Positions 38,215 through 47,664 of a DNA stretch of 64,000 nucleotides are shown here, in pieces. Below the pieces are notes generated by a model. The model did no database searches. It had not been told where the DNA came from and saw only the letters and a list, made by a program, of their open reading frames with translations. Both the position numbers and the translations under genes were made by a program. Origin of the DNA: Candidatus Brocadiia bacterium (GTDB taxonomy: Bacteria > Planctomycetota > Brocadiia > SM23-32); NCBI GenBank assembly GCA_046538485.1, contig JBKHIT010000005.1, positions 64,001-128,000 on the forward strand. Direction: 5' to 3'. How positions within the stretch are numbered: the stretch's first letter is position 1; each line of letters begins with the position of its first letter.

Positions 38215-39252
38215 TCAATAATTGTGATCCGCACGGCCAAAGAGAGTTGGTTTGCCCCAGTATTCTCCACCGGATCCAACCCACCGGGCAGCCGCTTTTA
38301 TAATTTCACCTGGTTCGTCGCGGTATTCTCCCAATAAGTTGCGTGCCTTTTTGTCAGTGCTTATCAGCGCTTCATCCCCGGCATCGTCTGCGAACACGGG
38401 CTCACGGTCAAGGTGTTTTCCGAGGTGCCTGGCGATATCTTCCACTTCCATGATCGGGCCCGAGCAGTTGAGAATTTCCGCGGGGTTGGCAGCATACTTC
38501 AGCCCTCTGAGGGCGACATCAATGGCGTCCCGTTGGGAAATAAGGTTAACACAGGGCATTTGGAGTGAGATGGGTTCTCCCTGCTGAATCATCCGCGCAA
38601 GATCCACCACAACTCCATATCCGAGATGCTGGGCATAGGCAAGCCGGAAGAACAGTATTTTTTGTGCTGATGCGCTGAGTTGAGTCGTCCGGAAAGCGCT
38701 CTCGCGCGCGATGATTCCCCAGCCGTAGACCCCTTTTGGATCGAGATCATCGTCTTCGCTGCATCCCCGCGAGTCGACAGGTACGTGGGGATAGGGGTTG
38801 GTGGAAGAAAAGGCGACCAGGCGAGAATTTGGGAACCGGCGGCCCACAAGATAGGGAAGAATGGCGTTCAGGTGCCACGCCTGGCGATAATTGTCGGAAG
38901 AACCGAACTTGAACCCGACCATGTAGACCAAGTTTGGGACCTCGGGAAGCGAACGGAGGAAATCTTCATCGGTGAGATCTCCTTTTAATATCTGAGCACC
39001 GACCTCCTGCAAACGGGTTACGTCCTCCCCCGAAGGGTCCGAGAAGCGGGAGACAGCAAAAACGGTTCTTTCTGTTCCGCTGGCTTGATCGGCCCGGCGC
39101 CAGGTTTCGATAAGATCCGGTCCCATTTTCCCACCTGCACCGAGAACCATAAGGTCGCCGTCAAGCTCTTCAGTGAAATTTACCAGTCCGGAGGTCGGTT
39201 CTGTCATACACAGACGCAGGTCTTCGGCATTTTTAATGTCTTCCAGTTGCAT
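38215..39252 (-). CDS. NAD-dependent epimerase/dehydratase family protein
   Basis: LGAGGKMG Rossmann motif, AVSRFS, GFKFG and GKPT.F C-terminus. Confidence 0.85.
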   Translation of the reverse strand: MQLEDIKNAEDLRLCMTEPTSGLVNFTEELDGDLMVLGAGGKMGPDLIETWRRADQASGTERTVFAVSRFSDPSGEDVTRLQEVGAQILKGDLTDEDFLRSLPEVPNLVYMVGFKFGSSDNYRQAWHLNAILPYLVGRRFPNSRLVAFSSTNPYPHVPVDSRGCSEDDDLDPKGVYGWGIIARESAFRTTQLSASAQKILFFRLAYAQHLGYGVVVDLARMIQQGEPISLQMPCVNLISQRDAIDVALRGLKYAANPAEILNCSGPIMEVEDIARHLGKHLDREPVFADDAGDEALISTDKKARNLLGEYRDEPGEIIKAAARWVGSGGEYWGKPTLFGRADHNY

Positions 39253-39349
39253 TCCGAACATTCCTTTCGATTGTGACGCGCTTTGCTGATCCGCCGGAGT
39301 CCACCGAATAGCCATCTCGATTCGATGTTTGTCTCAGACGCTAAAAGCA

Positions 39350-40753
39350 TCATTCATAACCGGTTTCTGCCCCTCCACGACGGTAAAGCCCCGAAAGAGG
39401 CGGGGCCTGTCGGTTATCACCTGTGTGTTTGATTTCGTAGGGCATCGGGCCGAGAGTGTCTTCGAGATAGTCCGTGAACTCTTCTACGACCTCTGGGTTT
39501 TCCTCGTATACATTCTGTGTTTCTTCAGGATCTGAGGTCAGGTCATAGAGTTCTTTTTTGTCGGGATTCTCCCCGGTTGAATCAATAATCATATTCCAGT
39601 GAAGATCTCTGACGCTGACGTTCCCGTACCAGGCCGTGATGGTTTTGGCTGGTGCTTCGCTGGCTGGGGTGAGAAGATTTCGTCCCTCAAGCCCAAGAGC
39701 CGGATCCGGCTCAACGTCCATCAGGTGACAAATTGTGGGGAACAGATCCTGGTGTTGGGCAAGATCATCCCGTTCAGAACCGCCGTCTTTCCCGGCCGGC
39801 AGTCTGACAAGCAGGGGGACGCGGGTATTGTAATCGTAGAGCCTGTCTCCACCTTTCCCGAACCGCCCTTTATCCCATAATTCGGTGCCGTGGTCGCTGG
39901 TGAATATGACAGCCGTATCCTCGAGCATCCCCATCTGGGCTAGTTTGTCAAGAAAAACGCCGATCCATTTGTCGACAAAGCTGACGTATCCCCAGTAAAG
40001 CGCACGAGTTCTATTGATCTCATCCTCGTCAGGATCCATGCCGTTGACGAGCTGAGGCTGGATGTAATTACGACTGTGGTCGGCGACATAGTATTGATCG
40101 GCGAACTCAAACGGGGGATCCCACCGTTCATGCGGAGCGAACGAATCGATCCAGAGGAACCAGGGACTGTTTTCTTTGTTTTCTTCCAGCCACCTGGTGG
40201 CCTGACGGAACAACCTTGCTGAGAGGTAGTCTTCCTCCGTCTGACGGTCAAGCATGTTGAGCAGGTATTGTGTGAGGGTCGGCCAGCAATCGAGATCGTT
40301 TTTGCCCTCTGGGTGGTACGGGGAGACGTCGACAGCCGAGAGCGGCCCGCTGCGGACGGGGTCACCTTCCTGTCCCCGTATGAATGACCAGGAGGAGAAT
40401 CCGCGCGTAAAGTTTTGCGTCGGCTTGAACATATGATACGTATCGCCCACCAGACCGGTAACAACACCCTGTTCAAGTAGAAATTCCGAAAGGGTGGTTT
40501 GCTCATCGGGAATTCGATGCCATCCCGGTATGGCCGGGGTCAATCCCCGTGAGCCCATCTCGAACCGCCAGGGGAAAGAACGGATTCCGGTGAAAAGGGT
40601 CCTCCGGGCCTGAATCGTTGGAAGCCCCTCGGCGAAGGCGTTCTTGAAGTTAATCCCCTCATCCTGCAGGCGGTTTAGGCTCGGGACCCGCACGACCGGG
40701 TGGTCGATCATATCAGCGCGAAATGTGTCACAACAGATGACAACACAGTTCAT
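39350..40753 (-). CDS. Sulfatase-fold (alkaline phosphatase superfamily) hydrolase with Thr at the nucleophile position
   Basis: DTFRAD, 'LPTIQARRTLFTG' in place of C/SxPxR, PHE.WDPP, TSDHG and ELYDL..DP.E motifs. Confidence 0.85.
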   Translation of the reverse strand: MNCVVICCDTFRADMIDHPVVRVPSLNRLQDEGINFKNAFAEGLPTIQARRTLFTGIRSFPWRFEMGSRGLTPAIPGWHRIPDEQTTLSEFLLEQGVVTGLVGDTYHMFKPTQNFTRGFSSWSFIRGQEGDPVRSGPLSAVDVSPYHPEGKNDLDCWPTLTQYLLNMLDRQTEEDYLSARLFRQATRWLEENKENSPWFLWIDSFAPHERWDPPFEFADQYYVADHSRNYIQPQLVNGMDPDEDEINRTRALYWGYVSFVDKWIGVFLDKLAQMGMLEDTAVIFTSDHGTELWDKGRFGKGGDRLYDYNTRVPLLVRLPAGKDGGSERDDLAQHQDLFPTICHLMDVEPDPALGLEGRNLLTPASEAPAKTITAWYGNVSVRDLHWNMIIDSTGENPDKKELYDLTSDPEETQNVYEENPEVVEEFTDYLEDTLGPMPYEIKHTGDNRQAPPLSGLYRRGGAETGYE

Positions 40754-40827
40754 TTTGTCTTTCCTTATAAGCTGAAAAAGTTCAGATGGTAAATGTTTTG
40801 GATCCTATTGTGAGTGGAGAAATGATC

Positions 40828-41886
40828 TCATGCGAGGCCGATCTGCTTTTTGAGACCAGCCAGATTGTTTTCCAGAAATATTTCGTCGTTGAGCAATGGA
40901 TGAGCGGCATAAGCGGCGGCAATTTCTTTTTCCATACCTGCCCGACCTTCTTCATGGAAACACTCGGGTGATGGCAGCAATCCCAGCTGGGTCAGGCGAT
41001 TTTTGACGCCCCAGACCGAATTTTCGAAATGATTGATGGCATCGAACAGAGCACCGTTGCACATATTAACCATGTGCGCAAGTTGGACCTTTGAAAGGGG
41101 GAGTTCCCAATCGGCTCCATCCCGGTGGTTTTTTACGTGTTCGGACCAACCTGTGGCGGCGTGGGTATCCGTAGCAAAATGTCCGAGCAGACCAGCCTGA
41201 TATCTTAAGTCGACCGCTTCAGGAACGCGAAAGGGAAAAATCCCGCCAAGATCATAGACAATACGGTCGTCGTTGCCCGTCGCAAGCACGAGTTGTTCGC
41301 GTCGGGGGCTTTGGGCGGCCGCCTGGAGCATCAGCTGGGAACGGTACGTATTGAAGGATGCCCCTTTGGCTCCCACAGCGATTCGAAAAATCCCGTCCCA
41401 GAGTTCTGCGGTAAAAGCATGACTTCCGGGAATAGCCTGCTGCAGTTCAAAGGCGAATGTAGGGATTATCGAAGCTATCTGCTGGAACATCTTAACGATT
41501 TCCGAACTGCTTTTCCCGGTGAACGCTGTGGGGGCGACCATAACGAGGTCATAATATTCATCAGCGGCTACTTCTGCCCAATTCATTACGTTAGATCCAC
41601 CGACGGCTGCCATGAGGAACATATCTTCGTCAGCAAATTCTTCGATGGTTTCTCGAACGATTTTTAACCATGAGCGGAACAGATCGAGGTCGTTACCGGC
41701 GAATTCCCCGGTATGTGCGCCGGGTATGACAGTGCGAGCGCCGCTTCGGATGTAGTAGAGAGTGAGGAGGCGCTGCCAATCCGGCTGAAACTGTTTTTGG
41801 CCATTTAGTGCGAGCGGGCTGGGCACCCACGGACCGGGTTCCTGTATGGTTTCCAATGTGTCGCGATTGAGTTTCTGAAGTTTCAC
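40828..41886 (-). CDS. Dihydrodipicolinate synthase-like (class I aldolase fold) protein
   Basis: RBS GGAGAGG before GTG; 'PLAL', 'LYY..SGA', 'LQQAI.G', 'AKGASFN.Y', 'TGNDD.IV.DL' and 'GLLGHFA' motifs. Confidence 0.7.
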   Translation of the reverse strand: MKLQKLNRDTLETIQEPGPWVPSPLALNGQKQFQPDWQRLLTLYYIRSGARTVIPGAHTGEFAGNDLDLFRSWLKIVRETIEEFADEDMFLMAAVGGSNVMNWAEVAADEYYDLVMVAPTAFTGKSSSEIVKMFQQIASIIPTFAFELQQAIPGSHAFTAELWDGIFRIAVGAKGASFNTYRSQLMLQAAAQSPRREQLVLATGNDDRIVYDLGGIFPFRVPEAVDLRYQAGLLGHFATDTHAATGWSEHVKNHRDGADWELPLSKVQLAHMVNMCNGALFDAINHFENSVWGVKNRLTQLGLLPSPECFHEEGRAGMEKEIAAAYAAHPLLNDEIFLENNLAGLKKQIGLA

Positions 41887-42159
41887 GACTCCTCTCCACA
41901 ATTTAATAGTGGGGTTTTGGCAAAGACGATTTGTATTGAAAGTCTATAGCGTTGTCGTTGAGCTTTCAAAAAGAAAGTTGTAGGCCAATGCAGTTTTTGA
42001 TATGGAAGGTGAGCAATTGTTCCCGATTCATCGGAAAGGATTGTCCGGCAGGCAAAAGTACTTGACAGTATCGCCTTTTTTCGGACAGAATAGTCCCCAT
42101 AATCCGGGGGCAGCTATAATATATGTTGTCGCTATTTTCTTATATGTTTTATTCTCATC

Positions 42160-43419
42160 ATGAAAAACTTCAGAAGGAGCAGCGATTTGAACACCTCTGG
42201 GTCCCAAGAAGATCAAGCTGCTGTCCCCAGGCGCGTTCTTGAGTTAAATCTTGCACATACTTCGTGGTACTGGGTTCACCGCCAGAATGACCCCAATCGC
42301 CTGCAATTCTGGTTGCACCAGGGCCGGCTGCTGAAGGGTAAAAAGAAGACCTGTGTCGGGATCGATTTGACGGATATATCCTCATCTCAGTGGCTTTCGG
42401 AAGCCAGTCAAGACGAACGAAGGTATGTCCGAACAGCGAAACTCGGCACGCCGGAAGAGTTGGATCAGATAGCACTGATGCCGGAGTTGGAAGCCCTGGA
42501 GTGCAGCGGTTTGCAGGAGGATCAGTTACAGTGGGTGGCAGAATTGGGATTGCCCCTGCATTTTTTGCATCTTTCCTGGTGTCATAATATAAAAGACCTT
42601 GAACCGCTCAGGGCTCTCAGTGATACACTGATACGACTGGTTGTTTCGGACTGTGACAGACTCGTCGATCTTGATGCTGTCGGGTCCCTTAAGAAGCTGC
42701 AAAGATTTGAGATGATAGACTGCGATGCCGTGTGGGAGATCGATCCGCTTGCCCTGCTCAAGAAACTGCGGCGTGTGGTACTGAGGAATTGTGATGCTGT
42801 GCGGGAACTGGGTCCGATCGGGGAACTCCCGGAATTGATTTCACTGGATCTTTCCCGGAGTGACAAGATCAAGAATCTTGGTCCGCTCAGGACGAATACG
42901 AAATTGCAAGCCCTGGATCTTTCCGAATGCAAGTCGGTCCGCAGCATTGGCGCTCTGCGTGCTATGCGGGAATTACAATCCCTCCAGCTCTTCGGTTGCA
43001 GGCGGTGTCATGATTTGCGGCCGATTCACAACCTCCCCAAGCTTAAGAAATTGAGCGTGCCGAATATCATTGAAGACGGGGATCTGCTCGGGATTTGTAT
43101 TAATCATCCGCAACTCCAGCAATTCCATGTGCGCAACTGCAAGAAGATCGAGGATCTGGAACCGCTCAAGAGGATGACCGAGGTTCGCGATCTCAGTCTC
43201 GCGGGATCTCCGGGGGTGAGCGATCTCAGCCCAATTTCGGAACTTAATAAACTCGTCCGACTCGACCTGGCCTTCTGCCCCGAAATCGAAGATCTTACCC
43301 CGCTGGAAGGACTTGGGAATCTGGAAGATCTTTATATCGGCGGATGCCCTAAATTGAGCCGGAACGATATCACGGAGCTTGAAAAAGCTTTACCGGACTG
43401 CGAGATTCACACAACCTGA
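42160..43419 (+). CDS. Leucine-rich repeat protein (internalin-like)
   Basis: Roughly a dozen repeats of LxxLxLxxCxxIxDLxPL and a C-terminal 'LEKALPDCEI' cap. Confidence 0.85.
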   Translation: MKNFRRSSDLNTSGSQEDQAAVPRRVLELNLAHTSWYWVHRQNDPNRLQFWLHQGRLLKGKKKTCVGIDLTDISSSQWLSEASQDERRYVRTAKLGTPEELDQIALMPELEALECSGLQEDQLQWVAELGLPLHFLHLSWCHNIKDLEPLRALSDTLIRLVVSDCDRLVDLDAVGSLKKLQRFEMIDCDAVWEIDPLALLKKLRRVVLRNCDAVRELGPIGELPELISLDLSRSDKIKNLGPLRTNTKLQALDLSECKSVRSIGALRAMRELQSLQLFGCRRCHDLRPIHNLPKLKKLSVPNIIEDGDLLGICINHPQLQQFHVRNCKKIEDLEPLKRMTEVRDLSLAGSPGVSDLSPISELNKLVRLDLAFCPEIEDLTPLEGLGNLEDLYIGGCPKLSRNDITELEKALPDCEIHTT

Positions 43420-43495
43420 TTTGTTCCGTCCATCGCTACGTTTTCAATATCCCCCACCAACTCCTCCCGTAACTGCGTAAAACAGGGACACCATT

Positions 43496-45831
43496 ATGTT
43501 GCCGCAAACCAAACAGTTCGTCTCAAAGACCAACCGCGGTGCAAAGGAATGTTACAACGCTGTAGTCTCGCCCGAGGGCCAGAAAATTGCCTGGTTTCGG
43601 GTCGAAGACCGTCGGGAAGATTTGATGCTTCTCAGCGATGACGCCGACTCTCCTGCTGTCGTGACCGGGAACGCCTATCTGCTGGACCCGTGTTTTGGTG
43701 GAGAGACACTCTGCTGGGTCGAACAGGATGGCGATGAGTGGGAACTGAAATCACTTGCTGCTTCCTCTCCCGACCTGGATCCTGAACAACCGTTCCTGAC
43801 TTCCGGACGTCCCCGGGGAATTTCTTCCGCTACTTCGGAATGCGGCAGCTGGTTTGTATGGGAGGAGCGATCCGGGACGAAAACTCGTATCCAGGCGGGG
43901 CGTGTCGAATCCGGATCGCGAACGCCCGTGGAAGTAACCGATGGGTTTTCAATGCCTACGATCCGGACTGCGCCATCGGGGCGGATGGCACCCTTTACGT
44001 CATCTTTTCGGCTTTCACGGGTGGCAATTACCGCATTATGCTTCAGAAGATGGGTCCCGACGGTAAGCTCGACGGGGGGCCGCAGCTCGTCAGTAACCGC
44101 CCCGGACCGTGTCTGTATCCTTCCATCTCCTCGCGTTCGGAAGGCGGAGTCTGGTTCAGCTACACAAGTTTTGCAGCCGGGGGCGAAAGCTCGCGTTTCG
44201 TCCAGCATCTGCGGCGGCGCTCTCAGCATGCTTTTTTTAATTCCTGCGGCGGTCAAGCCAACGCCGGAGTTTATGAAGACGGGGCCCTGCTGGCACCGCT
44301 CGCCAGTCGGGGACGAGGACAGGGGATGGTGGCCGCGATGTTCGTGCAAGGAGCAGATACCGCCGGTCACACTCGGATTTTTGAATCCTCGAACGGGCGG
44401 GCTTACCTCCTGCTCCGATGCCATGACCGGGCGCGTCCAGTGAAGTTCCAGAAAAAAGGGACTTTAAAACGCCCCGAAAATATGGGAACGACCAACCCAC
44501 CTCAGAACCATCCCCACATCTGCCTCATACGACTGGAAGATCGCTACTGGGCCGAACCGCAAACTCTCATACCACGAGCCCATCTGGAGAAACCGCTTTC
44601 CTACGCCCTGAACGACGACCAGCTGACGATTGCATTCACTGAGGATTCACGCGCAACCGGGTGGGCGGGGGCGGGTGAATATTTCGACGATACCGGTCAG
44701 CTGGGTGTCGGGCTGACAACAGTGAATCTCCCGGCGGAAAGTGAACCCGAATACGAGTTCCGGCCGTTCGCTTTGCGGCCTGTCCAGATCCCTTCGGTGG
44801 AAGAACCGCAGGTTGATCCCGAAGGGGAAGATTTTTTCCACGCCATCGGCCAGACGCATGCTCATACCAACCTGTCGGTCTGCAAGCGGGCGGCCGACCG
44901 TGACGGCCATCTGAACTACAGGTTCATACAGGACGTCCAGCACGGCCATTTCGGCGCGACCACCGATCACGCGTACAATATGTGGCAGGTCGAGATGTTG
45001 CATACGCGAAAACTCGCGGAATACTACTATTTCCCTGGGGAGTTTGTTGCTATCCCGGCCTACGAGTGGACAGGAAGCAATAAGTGCGATCACGACGGAG
45101 GACCATTCGGACACGTCAACCCGCTCTGGCTGGAAGAAGAGGGCGACCTCGATTTTTTGCCCCCCTCTGATCCCGACTGCGCCGGGGCGAGCCTGCCGAA
45201 ATTGTGGGCTACGTGCGAAGGGAAACAAATCCTGACCCCGCCCCACCATCCCGCCGACCACATGCACTGGTATGATTGGAAGTTCTTCGATGAACGGTTC
45301 ACACCTGTGGTTGAGATTTTTCAGGATATCCGCGGTTCCGGGGAACAGCCGGACGCTCCCGGAGTAACGAATTTTCGCCACCAGCCGGTCGGCCACTGGG
45401 CGGTTGAGGCGCTACGTGACGGTAAACGGTTTGGCTTCATTGCCAGCGCCGATCACGCGGGAGTGGCACGGGCCGGGATCCTTGTTGAAAAACTCTCAAG
45501 GACCGGCCTTTATGAGGCGCTCAAAGATAGACGGTGTTTCGGGACGACGGGCCTGTCGATGCGCCTGACTTTTCATTGCAACGACAGGTTCATGGGGCAG
45601 TCGGTGGAATGCGAAACGGCAAATTTCCGTCTGAAAGCTGTCGCGGCCGAACCGATCAAAGAACTTCAGATCGTTCGCAACGGTGAACTGGTCGAGCAGG
45701 TGAACGGCGGTGCGGGCGAGCTGGAATATCGGTGGGGTGTTGAAAAAGAAGAAACCGGCGAATTCTGGTTCTGCCGCCTGATCTTCGAAAACGGAGAAAT
45801 GGCCTGGACCAGCCCGATCTGGCTCGACTGA
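43496..45831 (+). pseudogene. Frameshifted gene: beta-propeller-like N-terminus fused to a PHP-fold (CehA/McbA/DUF3604-like) metallohydrolase
   Basis: ORF 43496 reads protein-like up to VEVTDG (about 43945), then coding continues in the -1 frame (FNAYDP...). C-terminal GQTHAHT, TTDH, AYEWT, PPHH and GFIASADH motifs. May be a sequencing indel. Confidence 0.7.
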
Positions 45832-45862
45832 GAAGGGTGGGGCGGCCTGCCGCAGGTAATTG

Positions 45863-46093
45863 AGACTCGAGTTCAGCTGAGCCCGCCACTGAGCGGGGGA
45901 AACTGGACTTGAGGCGGACAAACGTTGGGAAATGCGAGGTGGCTTTAGGTTTGTATCGCCGAGGCGGACCTGCCGTTGGTTGTTTTGCTGTTTTGCTCCG
46001 AAACCTGCAGGTTTGTGCACCGCGTTCTGAACTCCAGCCTCCGGCTGAAGTCCAGTCCGCTCGCGGGTCCCAGCCCGTTTGCAAATCCGCCGG
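45863..46093. repeat. Modular palindromic intergenic repeat, full copy 2 (A-B-C)
   Basis: Collinear with 10039-10267. Confidence 0.9.
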
Positions 46094-46291
46094 CCCCGTC
46101 TGCCTTGGGCGAGGCTTATCCCGGCGATGGTCAGGTTTTTTTGCGCCGTAAGGTCAGGGGGCGGCATCTGGGAGGCGGCTCCAGCATTCTGTTCCGAAGC
46201 TGATTCACCGGCACAGAGTCTCGCAGGTTTCATGCCCCTATTCCCTTCCCCGAAATAAGGTGAAGCAAAAGAAACAAACAAACGACCGAAC

Positions 46292-46533
46292 CCCTGAAGG
46301 AGCTCACTACGAACCTGACGTTGGTTTCAGGGCCTGCAATAATTCTCCGACCGTCCAAAATACAGGGAGGTGCTCGTAGTGGACCGCTTCAGCGGTCCGT
46401 TGCGTCGGGAAACACGCAAAGTTTTGTGGTGGGCCTTCAGCCCACTTTTTTCTCAATGCACACCTGTATCCCAGGGCTCCGAGGACCTTCGGCCCTCGTC
46501 ACCCCGGGCTGTTATATGCTGCCCTTTCAGGGC
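46292..46533. repeat. Cluster of REP-like palindromes (GTAG-type doublet plus GCCCTTTCAGGGC family)
   Basis: CCCTGAAGGAGCTCACTAC (inverted GTAG REP), GTAGT-GGACCGCT-TC-AGCGGTCC, GTGGGC..GCCCAC, CCCAGGG...CCCGGG and GCCCTTTCAGGGC. Confidence 0.65.
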
Positions 46534-46817
46534 GTATGTGTCTTTCGTCGTGTGTTCCGGAATGGAACATGCTCCGTGCCGGACAATCCTATCGGCACCG
46601 GTTCGTGCATGAACCCCGTCGGGGGAGCCGGCTGTGGAGAGCGCGGACGCGGGTCGGGTCTGAACTGTGGAGGTGCTATACTGGGTTCAGATAATTTTGC
46701 GGATACCTTGAACCTTTCCCGGTTCCGGGAAACGAGCTTCCCCCCGACCTTGAACACCGACGCTCCGTCGCTGTAAGCTGACAATTGCCCCATACGTTGA
46801 AACGAGAGGTCACGTAC

Positions 46818-47630
46818 ATGGATTCTGTAAAAATCGACGATGCTGAAGTCAGCCGTTTCATTCTGGGGAGCAATCCATTCAGCGGGTTTTCGCACCAGAG
46901 TCCCGAAATTGATAGCCAGATGAAACATTACTACACCAGTACTCGGATCAAAGAAACCCTTGCCGATGCCGAGAGCTGCGGCATTACAACCCTTATAGCC
47001 CGCGCCGATCACCACATGATACGGGTGCTGATGGAATACTGGGATGAAGGGGGCGAGATCCAATGGTTTGCACAGACATGCCCGGAAGTCGGTTCGCAGC
47101 CACAGTGCATTGCCAGGGCTATAGCCAACGGTGCAAAAGCGGTTTATATCCATGGAGGCTATGTCGACAATTTGCTGGCAAATGATCGTATCGAGGAAGT
47201 CAAAGAGCTTATCGATCAAGTTCATCAGCACGATATTCCGGCGGGGATGGCCGGTCATAATCCCGACGTCTTTCGGTGGGCGGAAAAAGAAAAATTGCCG
47301 GTCGATTACTATATGTGCTCTTACTATAATTCCGCTCACCGTGACAAACGCGCCGAGCACGTGCCGGGTCAGAAAGAATGGTTCCTCGAAGAAGATCGGC
47401 GCATTATGTCCGAACTCATCCAGGATCTTTCAAAACCGGTCATCCATTACAAAATCATGGCGGCCGGACGTAACGATCCCAAAGAGGCCCTCACCCACGT
47501 CGTCCGAACTATGCGTCCCAACGACGCCGTGTGCGTCGGCGTGTTCACCAGGGATATGCCGGATATGATCGCCCGGGATGTGAATCTTTTGGAAGAGGCT
47601 CTGGAAAACAAAGCGCCGGACGACCATTAA
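46818..47630 (+). CDS. Aldo/keto reductase-like TIM-barrel protein
   Basis: VSRFILGSNPFSGFSH and KPVIHYKIMAAGR motifs; RBS GAGG. Confidence 0.7.
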   Translation: MDSVKIDDAEVSRFILGSNPFSGFSHQSPEIDSQMKHYYTSTRIKETLADAESCGITTLIARADHHMIRVLMEYWDEGGEIQWFAQTCPEVGSQPQCIARAIANGAKAVYIHGGYVDNLLANDRIEEVKELIDQVHQHDIPAGMAGHNPDVFRWAEKEKLPVDYYMCSYYNSAHRDKRAEHVPGQKEWFLEEDRRIMSELIQDLSKPVIHYKIMAAGRNDPKEALTHVVRTMRPNDAVCVGVFTRDMPDMIARDVNLLEEALENKAPDDH

Positions 47631-47664
47631 AATTGCTGGGGGAAAGCGCGGAAAGGACAGACCT

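Noticed and set aside
43940..43952. Programmed -1 ribosomal frameshift at GGGTTTT
   Set aside because: The heptamer is not in X XXY YYZ phase with the upstream frame, so an indel is more parsimonious.
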